DNA from: Octopus vulgaris
Lineage: Eukaryota
DNA: 64,000 nt
Assembly: GCA_951406725.2 (NCBI GenBank)
Contig: OX597816.1
Coordinates: forward strand, 178,250,001 to 178,314,000
Direction: 5' to 3'
The position numbers and the translations under genes are program-made. Under the pieces are notes generated by a model that was given only the letters and a program-made list of their open reading frames with translations, did no database searches and was not told the DNA's origin. Numbering within the stretch: position 1 is the first letter of the stretch; each line of letters opens with the position of its first letter. Below, piece after piece: positions 26,576 to 40,354 of this stretch.

Positions 26576-27479
26576 GCCTGGGACTACTTACTTTCAGGGA
26601 TGTTGACTGGCACAAACTGATTAGATTTGGGGATTGATCCAGTACTGGACAAGGATTCTGGATTATTTTTTCCAGTTTTTTTACTTAATTTTTGAGAGCG
26701 GTCAGGTTCATTTTTAGTATTCTCGTTTGTGAGAGCAGTTGAGTTTATTTCAGATATTCTCATTTTAAAAATCACCTCCAGCTAATCATTGAGAGGACAT
26801 TGATGTTGGTTTGGCGGAGGTTTGTGCTCTTTGAGTGCTCTTGTTGTTATGTAATTTTAGCTGATTGTGTTGAGTAAATTTCACTTTTATGGGCAGATAA
26901 ATTTAATTAACAGGTGTAAAAGCAATAACATTATGGATAAACACTAAAATTGAAATTCTTAATGCATCTTACATGTTTGATTTGTTACTAAAATTATCCT
27001 AGATGGCAACTTTTACCACTTTTTAGGATGAGGTACATTAATTTGAATTAATTAAAATGTGGTGTGCAAGAGAGACAACTGCACTGATATGGTCATGTGG
27101 TGAGAATGGATGAGGATGGCTGTGTGAAAAAGTGCCACACTGTAGTAGTTGAGGGAACCTGTGGAAGAGGTAGACATCGAAAATCAAATTCATTGACTGG
27201 CATCTGTGATAGTGGAGCGCTAAGAGTACCATACAAGTGAGATCATTGCATGAGCAATAAGCTGGCCTCTGTGCCGATGCACGTTAAAAACACCATTCGA
27301 GCATGATTGTTACCTGTGTCGCATTACTAGCACCTGTGCTGGTGGCATGTGAAAAAACATTCGAGCGAGGTTGTTGCTAGTGCCGCTGGACTGGCTCCTG
27401 TGCAGGTGGCACGTAAAAAACACCATTTGACACTAAACATCGCAAGCAGTTTAGTGTCCAATGAAGGAAAGGTACACAT

Positions 27480-29430
27480 AAGTGGAGGGGTTACACCCCT
27501 GGCATAGGCCACAAGGTTATGGTCTCACAGCATATTTCCAGCGGTCCCGGTCACTAGTCATTGCCTCGGTGAGGCCCAATGTTCGTAGGTCATGCTTCAC
27601 CACCTCATCCCAGGTCTTCCTGGGTCTACCTCTTCCACAGGTTCCCTCAACCGCTAGGGTGTGGCACTTTTTCACACACCTATCCTCATCCATTCTCGCC
27701 ACATGACCATACCAGCACAGTCGTCTCTCTTGCACACCACATCTGATGCTTCTTAGGTCCAACCTTTCTCTCAAGGTACTTACACTCTGTCGAGTATGCA
27801 CACTGTCATTACACATCCATCGGAGCATACTGGCTTCATTTCTTGCGAGCTTACACATGTCCTCAGCAGTCATGGCTCATGTTTCACTGCCATGTAGCAT
27901 GGCTGTTCGTACACATGTGTCATACAGTCTACCTTTTACTTTGAGTGAGAGGCCCTTTGTCACCAGCAGAGGTAAGAGCTCTCTGAACTTTGCCCAAGCT
28001 ATTCTTACTCTAGCAGTTACACTTTCAGCACACCCGCCCCCGCTGCTGACTTGGTCACCTAGGTAACGGAAACTATCAACTATTTCTAGTTTTTCACCCT
28101 GGAAAGAGACGGAAGTTGGTCTGAGCATTTTCAGTGTTTATTGTTCCTGAGCATCTGCCACATACAAAAACCATCTTCCTAGTTAGCCTTCCTTTGACAT
28201 TGCTGCACATCTTATGTGTCCATAGCTTACACTTGGTGCATCTTATAGAGTTTCTACCTACACCTTTTCTACAGATCGAGCAGGGCCATCTACCTGAAGG
28301 CGTTTGTGATTTGTCTACCTTCCTACTGATTACGACTTTGGTTTTAGCTAGATTGACTCTAAGGCCCTTCGATTCTAATCCTTGTTTCCACACCTGAAAC
28401 TTCTCCTCCAGTTCTGATAGCGACTCAGCAATTAGAGCAAGGTCATCAGCATAGAGGAGCTCCCAAGGGCATCCTGTCTTGAATTCCTCCGTTATTGCCT
28501 GGAGGACTATGATAAATAGGAGGGGGCTGAGGACTGAACCTTGGTGGACCCCTACCTCTACCCAGAATTCTTCACTGTACTCGTTGCCAACCCTCACCTT
28601 ACTAGCAGCGTCCCTATACATGGCCCGCACAGCTCTCACTAACCATTCATCTATCCCTAGTTTCCTCATTGACCACCAGATAAGGGATCGGGGGACCCTG
28701 TCAAAAACTTTCTCCATGTCAACGAAAGCCAGGTACAGGGGCTTATCTTTGGCTAGGTATTTCTCCTGCAGCTGTCTTACCAGGAATATAGCATCAGTAG
28801 TACTTTTCCCTGGCATGAACCCAAACTGCATCTCATCCAAACTGACTCTCTCCCTAATTAGTTGGGCTATGACCCTCTCCATGACCTTCATTACCTGATC
28901 TAACAGCTTGATACCTCTGTAATTATTTGTATCTAAAGCATCACCTTTACCTTTGTAGCAGTTGACTATTATGCTGCTACACCAGTCATTGGGTATGACT
29001 CTTTCGTGTATCACCTGGTTAACTATACGGGTGACTAGGCTATAGCCAACACTACCAGATATTTTGAGCATCTCTGCAGTAATTCCTGATGGGCCTGGGG
29101 CTTTCCCTGTCTTCATACTTTTAATTGCTTTATCTACCAAGGTACTGTCAACTCAGATAGCTGGTCCCTCTGTTGGTGTCTCCAAACCTCTCTCTTTGCA
29201 TCCTCATTTAGCGCAAGTGAACCATCATCCATGCGGACACATTTCTCTCCTACAACATCACGATTCTCTCTCACACGCTGTCTTGCAACACGAAATACCT
29301 CAAGTCTTTGGTCCTCACGGCGCAGAACATTGGCAAATTTTTTCTTATCTGCTTCCCCTCTGGCTAAATATACCTGTCTCCTAGCTTCTCCTCAGGCAGT
29401 CTGATACAATTCCCTGCTACCACCATGGTG
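27480..29430 (-). mobile_element. RTE LINE fragment, inverted relative to the 19945 copy
   Basis: GKAPGPSG, YKGKGD, NYRGIKL, QFGF, YADD, PHD-like insert; ORFs 28094-29140, 27877-28128 and 27517-27873. Confidence 0.93.
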
Positions 29431-29964
29431 GTGATATATATATATATGGTAGATGAAAAGGGATTGAAGCCCATCATATATATATGATGAGTTTCATTTA
29501 GTTTCCGTCTGCTAAATTCACTCACAAGGCTTTAATCAACCCAAGACTTTAATAGATGGCTCTTGCCCAAGGTACCATGCAGTGAGACTGAACTTAAGAC
29601 CTTGAGGTTGGAAAATCAATGTCCTAACCACAGAATCATACCTGTGCCTGTATACTTGTATCCAAATTTGCCTATGTACATATATCCAAAACTTACAGAA
29701 CCATTTCAGAATATACACCCAGCACTTCCAATATAATTGCCGCTCCAGCTTTAGTTGAATATATTGCAAACTTGATGCAGTGTGTTGACGCGTGTAATGC
29801 AAGTGAATGCTGAAGGAACTGCGCAGTATCCCATATAGTTGTAGTCCAGACCAAAAGCAGGAATAGATTGTCTGTTACTTTAAGTTATTCATATGCCATA
29901 AGTTTAACTAAAACTGACACAGACTTTAATATAATATAATTCCTGCTTGTATGGAATAAAGGAT

Positions 29965-31445
29965 AATTAAAATCGAGGGGCCTTAGAGTCAACCTAGCTA
30001 AAACCAAAGTACTAATAAGTAGGAAGGTAGACAATCCACAAATGTCTTCAGGAAGATGGCCCTGCTCGATCTGTAGAAAAGGTGTAGGTAGAAACTCTAT
30101 AAGATGTACCCAGTGTAAGCTATGGACACATAAGTGGTGCAGCAATGTCAAAGGAAGGCTAACTGGGAGGATAGTTTTTGTATGTGGCAGATGCTCAGGA
30201 GCATTAACCTCTGAAAATGTGCAGAAAACAACTTCCGTCACTTTCCAGGGGGAAAAACTAGAAGTAGTTGATAACTTCCGTTACCTAGGTGACCAAGTCA
30301 GTAAGCGGGGTGGATGTGCTGAAAGTGTAACTGCTAGAATAAGAATAGCCTGGGCAAAGTTTAGGGAGCTCTTACCTCTGCTGGTGACTAAAGGCCTCTC
30401 GCTCAGAGTAAAAGGCAGACTGTATGATGCATGTATACGAACAGCCATGCTATATGGCAGTGAAACATGGGCTGTGACTGCTGAGGACATGCGTAAGCTC
30501 GTGAGGAATGAAGCCAGTATGCTCCGATGGATGTGTAATGTCAGTGTGCATACTCGACAGAGCGTTAGTACCCTGAGAGAAATGTTGGACCTAAGAAGCA
30601 TCAGCTGTGGTGTGCAAGAGAGACGATTACGCTGGTATGGTCATGTGGCGAGAATGGATGAAGATAGGTGTGTGAAAAAGTGGCAATCCCTAGCAGTGGA
30701 GGGAACCTGTGGAAGAGGTAGACCCAGGAAAACCTGGGACGAGGTGGTGAAGCACGACCTTCGAACTTTAGGTCTCACTGAGGAAATGACCAGCGACCGA
30801 GACCTTTGGAAATATGCTGTGCGTGAGAAGACCAGGCAGGACAAGTGAGTCCAGCCCACTTATGCATGACTTTCCTCCCTTGGACACAAAGACCTGTTGA
30901 GGCAAGCAAAGTTGATATCAAACCTCATCCGACGACAGGCACCTATGCCAACCCCACTTTGCTTGCGAAGACCTGTTGGGGCAAGTGAAATCGGAATCGA
31001 AATTGAACCAATCCTATGACTGGCACCCGGCAGATGCCAGGAACCCTGGACTGGAGATATGTAAAAAGCACTATCCGAATCGTGGCCGATGCCAGCGCCG
31101 CCTCGACTGGATTCCGTGTCGGTGGCACGTAAAAAGTACCATCCGAATCGTGGCCGAAGCCAGTGCCGCCTCGACTGGCTTCCGTGCCAGTGTCACGTAA
31201 AATGCACCAATCCGACCGTGGCCGATGCCAGCCTCGCCTGGCACCAGTGCAGGTGGCACGTAAAAAGCACCCACTACACTCACGGAGTGGTTGGCGTTAG
31301 GAAGGGCATCCAGCTGTAGAAACACTGCCAGATAAGACTGGAGCCTGGTGCAGCCTTCTGGCTTCCCAGATCCCCAGCCGAACCGTCCAACCCATGCTAG
31401 CATGGAAAGCGGACGTTAAATGATGATGATGATGATGATGATGAA
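29965..31445 (+). mobile_element. RTE LINE 3' fragment with intact C-terminal ORF and repeat tail
   Basis: ORF 30042-30848, tandem GTGCC..GGCAC units, (GAT)n. Confidence 0.92.
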
Positions 31446-31595
31446 TTTCATGTTTTTTCAATAATTAAAATCAAATTAGACATTCTGTGTAATGTTTTAC
31501 TTCTAGAATGAAATATAGGTCTGGTAGCTTTTTCTGAAACTGTTATGTTTTTCTATTCAATGGTTCCTTTTGTTAATCCATTCCTTCTCTGACAG

Positions 31596-31663
31596 GTAAT
31601 CAAATCCGAGAAGTAATATGCCAACAACCAAAACTTATCACATATGACGTCAAAGCAATTAAA
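31596..31663 (+). CDS. MTERF3: MTERF3 coding exon 3
   Basis: GACAG|(G)NQIREVICQQPKLITYDVKAIK|GTAAGT; 68 nt, phase 1 to 0. Confidence 0.88.
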
Positions 31664-32056
31664 GTAAGTAATGGATATTATTTTTAATTACAAATTAGAT
31701 TAATTTTAAAATTCAATTTCTTGTAAGAAGAGTTTTAAAGCTAGTGTTTGAAGTCACACTAGTGTTTCTTTTATATAGGCTTGAAGGCTTACAAGCTATA
31801 GGAAACAAGAACTTATGGCCTTTGTGTCTTTTCTGAGGACATCTGTCATAACAAAATTGTCCTTATGCTTGATAAAAACATTGTTCTTTATACAGTACAA
31901 GAGTACTAAATATTTGACTTTTAACTCAGGAGTTTCTATGTCACTCCTGCCCAAAACTTATCCCTAATTAAGAAATTATATAGTCCTGTATAGTTATGCA
32001 ATTTATTATCTTTACTTGCCATAAATTTTCACTTTCTATCATATTTTATTTTTCAG

Positions 32057-32147
32057 GCAATCCATTTTGAAATGAAAGAATTTCTTGGTTTCACAAATTC
32101 AGATCTACAAAAAATATTTTTGTTAGCTCCAAAAGTTTACTTTTCCA
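32057..32147 (+). CDS. MTERF3: MTERF3 coding exon 4
   Basis: TTTCAG|AIHFEMKEFLGFTNSDLQKIFLLAPKVYFS|GTAAGC; 91 nt, phase 0 to 1. Confidence 0.9.
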
Positions 32148-33339
32148 GTAAGCACAAATGATTTTTTTTTCTTTCTAATACTGGGGTTATTGTTTGATCA
32201 AACAAACTTATATCATGTAAGCAGTCGGTCAAAGAACTTGGTATGATACATAAAATATTTCAGATATACCATGCTTCCGGCTGGTTCATGATCTCTCTGG
32301 AAACATAGATGTGGAGCAATTTATCATATAGTGCACTATGGAAATTTGGGCATGCTGTATTTCCTTTAGTTTAGATTAACTCTTTAGCATTCAGATTTCT
32401 TTTGTCAACGGTGATGCTTATTTATTTACATTGCTTTGAATTAATCCTGCATTACCTTGTAGCTTCAAGATTTCGATGTGGTTGTTTAATTTTAGAATGA
32501 CATTGTAAGGTAGGTGAGAAGCCACATGTGGCCACTTTGCACATATAACAGGTAGAATATTTGGGCCTGATAAGTGCCATAAGAGAGATAAAGTGAACTT
32601 GATTACAACAGTAATCAACACACATATGAGTATTGTCTTTGAGCTACTGATACTATTATTTGGGGGATATTCTAATCTGAGCAAAAAGAATATTGTTCTA
32701 GAATGGTGTTGTTATAGTATTTTTAGTAACATGAAGATGGTATTTTAGAGATGAGGCTTAACCTTTGTCATTAATTCAGCTGATATTTTTAATGAGATTT
32801 TTATTCAGTTAAGTTTCTTCTGTAGTGTAGTATTAATAATTATATATTTTTCTACAATTAAATTTGTCCTCTTGAAATATCAACTAAAAATATATATTGT
32901 CCAATATCATCATCATCACCATCATCATCCAGTATCTGTTTTCCATGCTAGCTTGGGTTAAACAGTTTGATTGGGGCTGGTAAGCTGGAGCACTGCAACA
33001 GGTTCCACTGTCTGTTTTGGCTTGGTTTCTAATGCCAGCCATTCCACAGAGTGTACTGGGTGTCTTTTACATGTCACCAGCACAGGTGCCTTTTATGTGT
33101 GACTGGCACTGGCCATGACCATGATTCCACTTAGCTTGACATGTCTTCTCAAGCACAGTGAATCACCAAAGGTCTCGATCACTTGTCATCGCTTCCATGA
33201 TACTCAACATCTAAAGATCACACTTCACCAGTTGTCCCACCTCTTCATAGGTCTACTTGTAATTATTAAATTATATTAACTTCATTTTTTTTTTTTCTTG
33301 CTGTGCATCAGATCAGATTTTGTGCCTATAATGATATTT

Positions 33340-33692
33340 GGTGGCATGTAAAGGCCTCGAGCCGGTGGCACGTAAAAAGCCTCGTGTCGGTGGCACGTAA
33401 AAAGCACCATCCGTTCGTGGCCATTGCCAGCCTCGCCTGGCCCCCGTGCTGGTGGCACATAAAAAAAGCACCATCCGATCGTGGCCGTTAGCCAGCCTCG
33501 TCTGGCACCTGTGCCGGTGGCACGTAAAAAGCACCCACTACACTCATGGAGTGGTTGGCATTAGGAAGGGCATCCAGCCATAGAAACATTGCCAGATCAA
33601 ACTGGGCCTGGTGCAGCCTTCTGGCTTCCCAGACCCCAGTTGAACCGTCCAACCCATGCTAGCATGGAGAACGGACATTAAACGATGATGAC
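33340..33692 (+). mobile_element. RTE 3' tail
   Basis: Hairpin-repeat units plus terminal motif. Confidence 0.82.
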
Positions 33693-33896
33693 AATTTGGT
33701 GAGCTGTAAAATGTTTGGAGCAAGAACTTTTATAAAAGTGTTTACAGTATTATAGCAGAAAGATTGATGTCATTTTTATTTTAGCTTTTAATGAAACTTT
33801 TTAAAATAGATTATGTGAAAGTTTTAAGTAATACAGTTTGTCATCTTTTCCTCTTTAACCACATTTTGTTATTGTTTCTGTTCTGTTGTTTTTCAG

Positions 33897-34174
33897 ATAA
33901 ATATCTTCTCACTAATAAATTTGAATACCTTCATCATGAAATGGGCTTGAATCATGTACAATTAGTTCAATGGCCAGGCATATTCCGAACACGCCTTTTC
34001 AAAATTAAGGAACGGCATCAATTTTTGAAACACCTTAAACGAAACCAGTATGATCCATGCAAAGAGAACTATGTATCATTAAAAGCTTTGGTCACTAAGA
34101 CTGATAAAGAATTTTGCACAACCGTTGCTAAATCTTCTGCAGCTGAGTTTAACCAATTTCTAAAAACATTGTAA
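33897..34174 (+). CDS. MTERF3: MTERF3 last coding exon
   Basis: KFEYLHHEMG...KERHQFL...QYDPCKENYVSL...EFNQFLKTL*, the characteristic MTERF3 C-terminus; total CDS 1401 nt. Confidence 0.94.
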
Positions 34175-34248
34175 TTTAAAGCATTGAGAGTGACCAAATG
34201 TATATAGACAAATTCTTAGAAGAGAATGTTAAAGCTTGTCAATATTTT

Positions 34249-34254
34249 AATAAA
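34249..34254 (+). terminator. Polyadenylation signal of MTERF3
   Basis: AATAAA 75 nt after the stop, followed by a U/GU-rich tract. Confidence 0.6.
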
Positions 34255-34529
34255 TAACTTTGAACTTGGATATTTTGGTTTTTCTTTACTTGATGTTCAG
34301 GTTATTTCTCTTGTTATTTCTCGTGTTATGCATAATTCAATGTTGAGACAATAGAGAAAGCAGCAGGGAGTAATTAGTAATGACTTGAGTTTGTAAATGA
34401 AGATTTTTAACAAAACAGTTGTCCAACGTGGTACACAGCCATGCAAGTATGGCTGTGTACCACGTTGGACAACTGTCCTCTATTGCAGCCTCACACTGAT
34501 CAAAACCTTATGAGTAGATTTGGGAGAAT

Positions 34530-34848
34530 GTTGGTGGCACGTAAAAAGCACCATCCGAATCGTGGCCGAAGCCAGTGCCACCTCGATTGGCTTCCGTGCC
34601 GGCGGCACGTAAAATGCACCAATCCAACCGTGGCCGATGCCAGCCTCGCCTGCTACCAGTGCAGGTGGCACGTAAAAAGCACCCACTACACTCACGGAGT
34701 GGTTGGCGTTAGGAAGGGCATCCTGCTGTAGAAACACTGCCAGATAAGACCGGAGCCTGGTGCAGCCTTCTGGCTTCCCAGATCCCCGGTCGAACCGTCC
34801 AACCCATGCTAGCATGGAGAACGGACGTTAAACGATGATGATGATGAA
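34530..34848 (+). mobile_element. RTE 3' tail
   Basis: Hairpin-repeat units plus (GAT)n. Confidence 0.82.
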
Positions 34849-35389
34849 ACTGAAATGAGCTCATCATGTATATATATATCTGTGTGTCTGTGTGTGCGCA
34901 TGTATAAATGTCTCCAGTGTTGACATTGTATCATCATCATTTAATGTCCATTTTCCATGCTGGCATTGGTTGGACGGCTTGTCAGCCAGGGATCTGTTCT
35001 GGCATGATTTCTATGGCTGGACCCTTCTTAACACCAACCACTTTACAGAGTGAGCTGGGTACTTTTTATATGCTCCCAGTATGGGTACATTCATGCAGCA
35101 ATGGTATGAGGGCATTTAACAGGGCACCAACACCTGCAAACGACATGCCTCTATGTATGGATAACGGATTTTACTTATCTTGACGTGTCTTCTTAAGTAC
35201 ACTAAATTGCCACAACTCCCAGTCCCTTGTCATTTCCTCAGTGAAGCCCAGTGTCTGAAGATCCTTTCTCACTACTTTGTCTCACATCTTGGTTTACTCC
35301 TTCCACAGGTTCCCTCCATAATTAAAGAACAGCATAAGTCTCACCATCTCACAGGCAGAGGCATTCATTTCCAATCTACTTTGTAAAAC

Positions 35390-37560
35390 ATCTGGCCATG
35401 GAGAAATATTACTTTGCTTAGAAATAGATGAGTGTTGGCAACAGGAAGAGCACCTGGTATGATAAAGTTTTAGAAGAACATAATTCACAGAAATACCCAC
35501 CTAAGAAAACTCAGAAACCTTATCAATGATTTTAATATTGACTACTACAAGCATATTATATGTAAGAAGCTTAATAAGGGATATAAAATTATGCTATTTT
35601 CCATCTTGGATAATATCAACTTGGAAGGACTCAGAATTGTTGAGGACTTGGTATTCAAAACCCAGTCTACCTAAACAACCTCAGATTACCTTGAAGGACC
35701 CTCTCTCTCTCTTTCAGAGAGGCACTGAGCAGCTATACGCACACATACACACATGGCAGTAACTTCCACCTACCAAATTCAATCACAGAGCTTCGGTTGG
35801 CTCGGGGCTATAGTAGACCATAAACTGAATTCCTCCTTTAACTCTGTTATTAGGTTGATTAGTCCATCCAAATCTGACATAGGTCACATTAACAAAATCA
35901 TTACAGATAGGATATTCCCCACATAGAGAAACCTTGTGAAACTGTTGACTGATTTAAAAATTAATTTAACAAAATTTATGCAGATAGATACTGAATCCTA
36001 TTAATCCTTCATCATGAAGAACTCTATCTATGAAGGATGTTGACGTAATTTTAGCAGCTACGAAAACAGTCACTTTAGATTGACAACTTGTGGGCTTGTA
36101 AAAACAGGTTAGAAAACTTCAAAACTATGGGCACAAGTGACTCAGGCCCAGGTTATTGATGTGGTAGATTTGTACATATTGCATAATATTAAGAGTGTCT
36201 TCACTGATATAGGAGGTGGACTGAAAGAGTTGATGCCCTACTCTTATTCTGTAGGTTTAGCAAAGTTGATCTAGAACACACAACTAAAAGAATCAGAAAT
36301 ATTTTCAGTCAGTAGTAATGGTCTATCTGTTACTATAGATAGGGACATTATAATGACACAGATATAATGCTGACCTCACTATGGGTTTGTAGTCTTACCA
36401 CTAACACAGTACATGAACTGAAACTTTAATCAACAAGAGCCATCATCAAATCCATAGTAAATAGTGCATCCACAAGAATATCTAGACTATTGGTACTTAT
36501 ATCCTAATGCAGAATGCCCAATACTATAATGACACTGGGTATGTAGAGAAGATCTCTCATCTTCCCACAGGGTGCCTGCACTTGTTCTACCCACCACCTC
36601 CAGAAGCCATTTAAATCAGAATGTACTAGATTTGGTCTTACATCAGATAGCAATACGATAGATCACATCGGTAGTGGGTTACAATGTTTACATTCAGCAA
36701 CTGAAGTTGTAAACAAAATAGATCTCATAGAACCCCTTTTGGTACCCTGTCCTAGATGAAGGATCACATCCAACACCATTAAACCAAATAAAGAGGTGAA
36801 ATTAGATCTTCCACATAGAAAGTATAAGAATAGGTTACATAAAAGGAGAACAGTTTGGTTTACCTCACCTTTGTGTGGAATATTGCTAGAGATATACATG
36901 GCATCTTCAGATCCCTTGAATACCATAAAATATTCAACAGACACACTATGAAATTATCTTACTCAACCACACCAAACTGCTTTGAATGACAGGAAACTGA
37001 ACCCTAGGACAGCTTCTGGTAAAATGTTAACCCCAGTTTGGTTCAACACTAGTGGCTCTGAAAGGCAGCTTCCAAGGGAGCATATGGTACCTATAATTCA
37101 GTCAAATCTGGAAATTATACTGAAACCCTGTTAAGTAATTTTAGAATCGCTTCTAATTGTTTGCTTGATAATCAATGCCTTAGGAAGAATATAGTTTATA
37201 AGGACACTGTTTCTATTAATACTAAACCTTTCCATTACATTGGAGCTTACATAATCCCAATTTAAATGAAGATATGACCAAACCCACTAGTTTAAGAACA
37301 TTGATAAGCATAAATCTACATCTTTGGCTGAGCTGGTATGGGACTTAAAACTGGGGAAAGTACCATACAAAATTTTCTGGTTTGTGGTGAGAACTGATTT
37401 CCTGTAAATGGGCAGAGGCAGGGAGTGCAACCTATGTTCATTGGAAGCACTATAAAACCATATACACTAAGGGTAATATTAACAAATGTAACATGGTTTT
37501 GATATGATGCCGGCACAAATACATTACCTTTGCAAAACTCACAGGATTCATATTTGTTTC
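35390..37560 (+). mobile_element. Decayed near-full-length Penelope-like element (RT plus GIY-YIG)
   Basis: QITLKD/HK...IRLISPSKSDIGHINKII, HKIFNRHT..LSYS, CLLDNQCLRKNIVYK...YIG, STSLAELVWDLK, CNLCSLE; many stops; SINE scrap inserted at about 35700-35818. Confidence 0.8.
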
Positions 37561-37967
37561 TCCCGCCATTCATGTACTTTAACCCCCTAAACAGATCTAT
37601 TAACAACTATAATGAAATTTCCCTGTTGTAAACCCACTGCCCAGTTTGTTGGTTATTGTTGGAGGCCTACTACTTCCATCATCAATATCCTGAGTCACTT
37701 AGCCCTATCATTTAGTCAATAATTCAATAACCAATACATACTGTCTCTAACTTCACCACTGTATAGGAACATCAATCAAATAGTGCTCTGTCCTCAATTT
37801 AGTACTTACTTTTTTCCATGTGTGCTAAGCAGCTTGCTTACCAACCACATGGTTCCGGGTTCAGTCCCACTGCATGCGTCTTAAACTATAGCCTCGGGCC
37901 AACCAAAGCCTTCTGAGTGGATTTGGTAGACGGAAACTGAAAGAAGCCTATCATATATATGTATGTA

Positions 37968-38280
37968 TGTATGAGGGTGAGTTAAAAAGTAATGCCATTT
38001 TGTTTAGGACAGGTATAACTGCCAACACAGGAACATGTATCATACATCAAAATGAAGCTGGTCCTCTGTGGATCAGATCCCTACTTCTCAACATAGTCAC
38101 CATTTCTCTCAATAGCAATGTTCCACCTTCGAATGAGAGCATGTATCCCTGCCCCGAAAAAAATTCTGTTGACTGTTCTTTGAGCCACTTCTTCAGTTTT
38201 CACTTCCTCGTCACTGGAATAATGTTTGCCTCTCAAACCCTCTTTCAAGAGGCCAAAGAGATGATAGTCTGAAGGAGCTA
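37968..38280 (-). mobile_element. Mariner-like remnant
   Basis: TATGAGGGTGAGTTAAAAAGTAATG resembles a mariner TIR; degenerate transposase 3' end. Confidence 0.55.
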
Positions 38281-38416
38281 AATTGTAGAGAAACTTTTCC
38301 CGCGTCCAGAAAAACCTTATACCTACAGATTTTATGCTAAGACTTTATTGCAGAGTACAGACTACAATGCATCAGGGAAACTACAACAAAATCATTTCAT
38401 TATTTTACTACAATGG

Positions 38417-38920
38417 CCAGGTGTGGGGCTGTGTGGTAAGAAGCTTCCTTCCCAACCACATGGTTCCAGTTTTGGTCCCACTGCGTGACACCTTGGACAA
38501 GTCTCTTCTACTGTAGCTTTGGACCAACCAAAGCCTAGTGAGTGGATTTGGTAGACGGAAACTGAAAGAAGCTTGTCACATATATATATATATATATCAT
38601 ATTTATATAAGCTTAAAACTTATAGTATCACTGTGCAATGACTAAGAAAAATAGTCTAATAATAGGGCATATAAGCCCTCAACAGAAAAAAGTAGGCTTT
38701 TCTATCCATGTGGGACTCCAAATATTTTCCTTAGTCATTGCACGGTGATTGCTTTAAGCTTATATAAAAACACCATTATTATTATTTACAGGATTGTAAA
38801 ACTCAGCACCGTATATCAAAAGCATAAGTCCTGGGGTTGATTTGTTTGACCAAAAACCCTTTAAGGCAGTGCTCCAGCATGGCTGCAGTCAAATGAATGA
38901 AACAAGTAAGAGATAAAACA
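38417..38920 (+). mobile_element. SINE family A interrupted by a hairpin element
   Basis: Head 38417-38580, tail 38825-38920, palindrome at about 38602-38767 in its TA tract. Confidence 0.72.
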
Positions 38921-40354
38921 TATTTTAAATGGATATGTTATAAATGTTCCTTATCGAAGCAAAAAGCCTGAAATTTTGAAGGAAGTGAGGCAGATGATTT
39001 CATTGACACCAGTATCACATTGGTACTTTACTTTATCAGCTCTGGAGATATAAAAAATAAAGTTGACTTTGGTAAGATTTGAACTCAGAATATAAAGATC
39101 TAGAACAAATAGTGCTAAACATTTTTTTTTTTTTCCAAATCCTTAAATGATTCTATGAGTGCCACGTTTGGGTGTGTAATAAGATCAAACAGCATATTCT
39201 GGTATTATCAAAAGACCCCAGAGAAGTGTATTGGCAGATCATTAGAACATTAGAAAAAGTACTTTGCAGTATTTATTCCAGCACTTTATGTTCTGAGTTC
39301 AAATCTTACCAACCTCAACCTGACCTTTATCATCCCTCCAGAGTCAAATAAAAAATGTGCCAGTCCAGTCCTAGGGTTCATGCAATTGACTAATCCCCTT
39401 CCCTGAAAGCTGTTAGCCTTGTACCTAAACCAGAAATGTTAATCAGACCTACTCAGTGTAGCACATACATCACTGTACTTACTAAAGTATTGATAAGTGA
39501 TTCACTAAGTAAATGTACAGGTGTGAAAATTAGTATATAAGTGCACTTGTGGAAATTACCTCATAAAAAATGTGGGACCATGTGCAAGTGTCTTTTATTA
39601 TAGCATCAGGCCAACTAAAGACTTGAGTAGATTTGGTAGATGGAAACTGAAAGAAGCCCCTCGTGAGTGTGTGTGTGTGTGTGTAAGAGTCTTTGTATCT
39701 GTTTGTCCTCACCACTGCTTGACAACAAGTGTTGGTGTGTTTACATCCCCATAACTTAGTAGCTCAGCAAAGGAGACTGATAGAATCAGTACCAAGTTTA
39801 AGAAAATAAGTACTTAGGTCAATTTGTTCGACTAAAATTCTTCAGGGAGGTACCCCAGTATGGCCACAGTCTAATGACTAAAAACAAGTAAAAGTTAAAG
39901 GATATTTAAGTAATAAATCATCAAAAATAATTATGCTGTGAGAAAAAGATATGAAATGAATTGACAATTTCTCTCAGTGATTAGCTGTGACTGATTTTAT
40001 TAATGAATAAAATTATAGTTGTAATTAAATTATAACTGCAGGTAAACCATTTTAGGTTATAAAATTTACATAAATTTATTTATTCATTATTTTTTGATTC
40101 ATGGTTGAAATAAATTTATTGAATTATAAAAAAAAAATTACATTATTTACTGATATATGATTTACATGTATTTTACTAAATATACCATTTTGACTTGCAT
40201 CCAACAACAAACATCTCAGAGATGGATCACAGAACTAACACAACACATTTCCTCCTCATTTCCTCATCCAATTAATTATTACAGATTTGTTAAATATCTA
40301 TTACAACCAATGAAATAACTCTTACATTGAACAACAAAACAATGGCACAGTATA

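Noticed and set aside
36663-37606. Minus-strand ORFs of 93 and 96 aa
   Set aside because: Antisense to the decayed Penelope-like element
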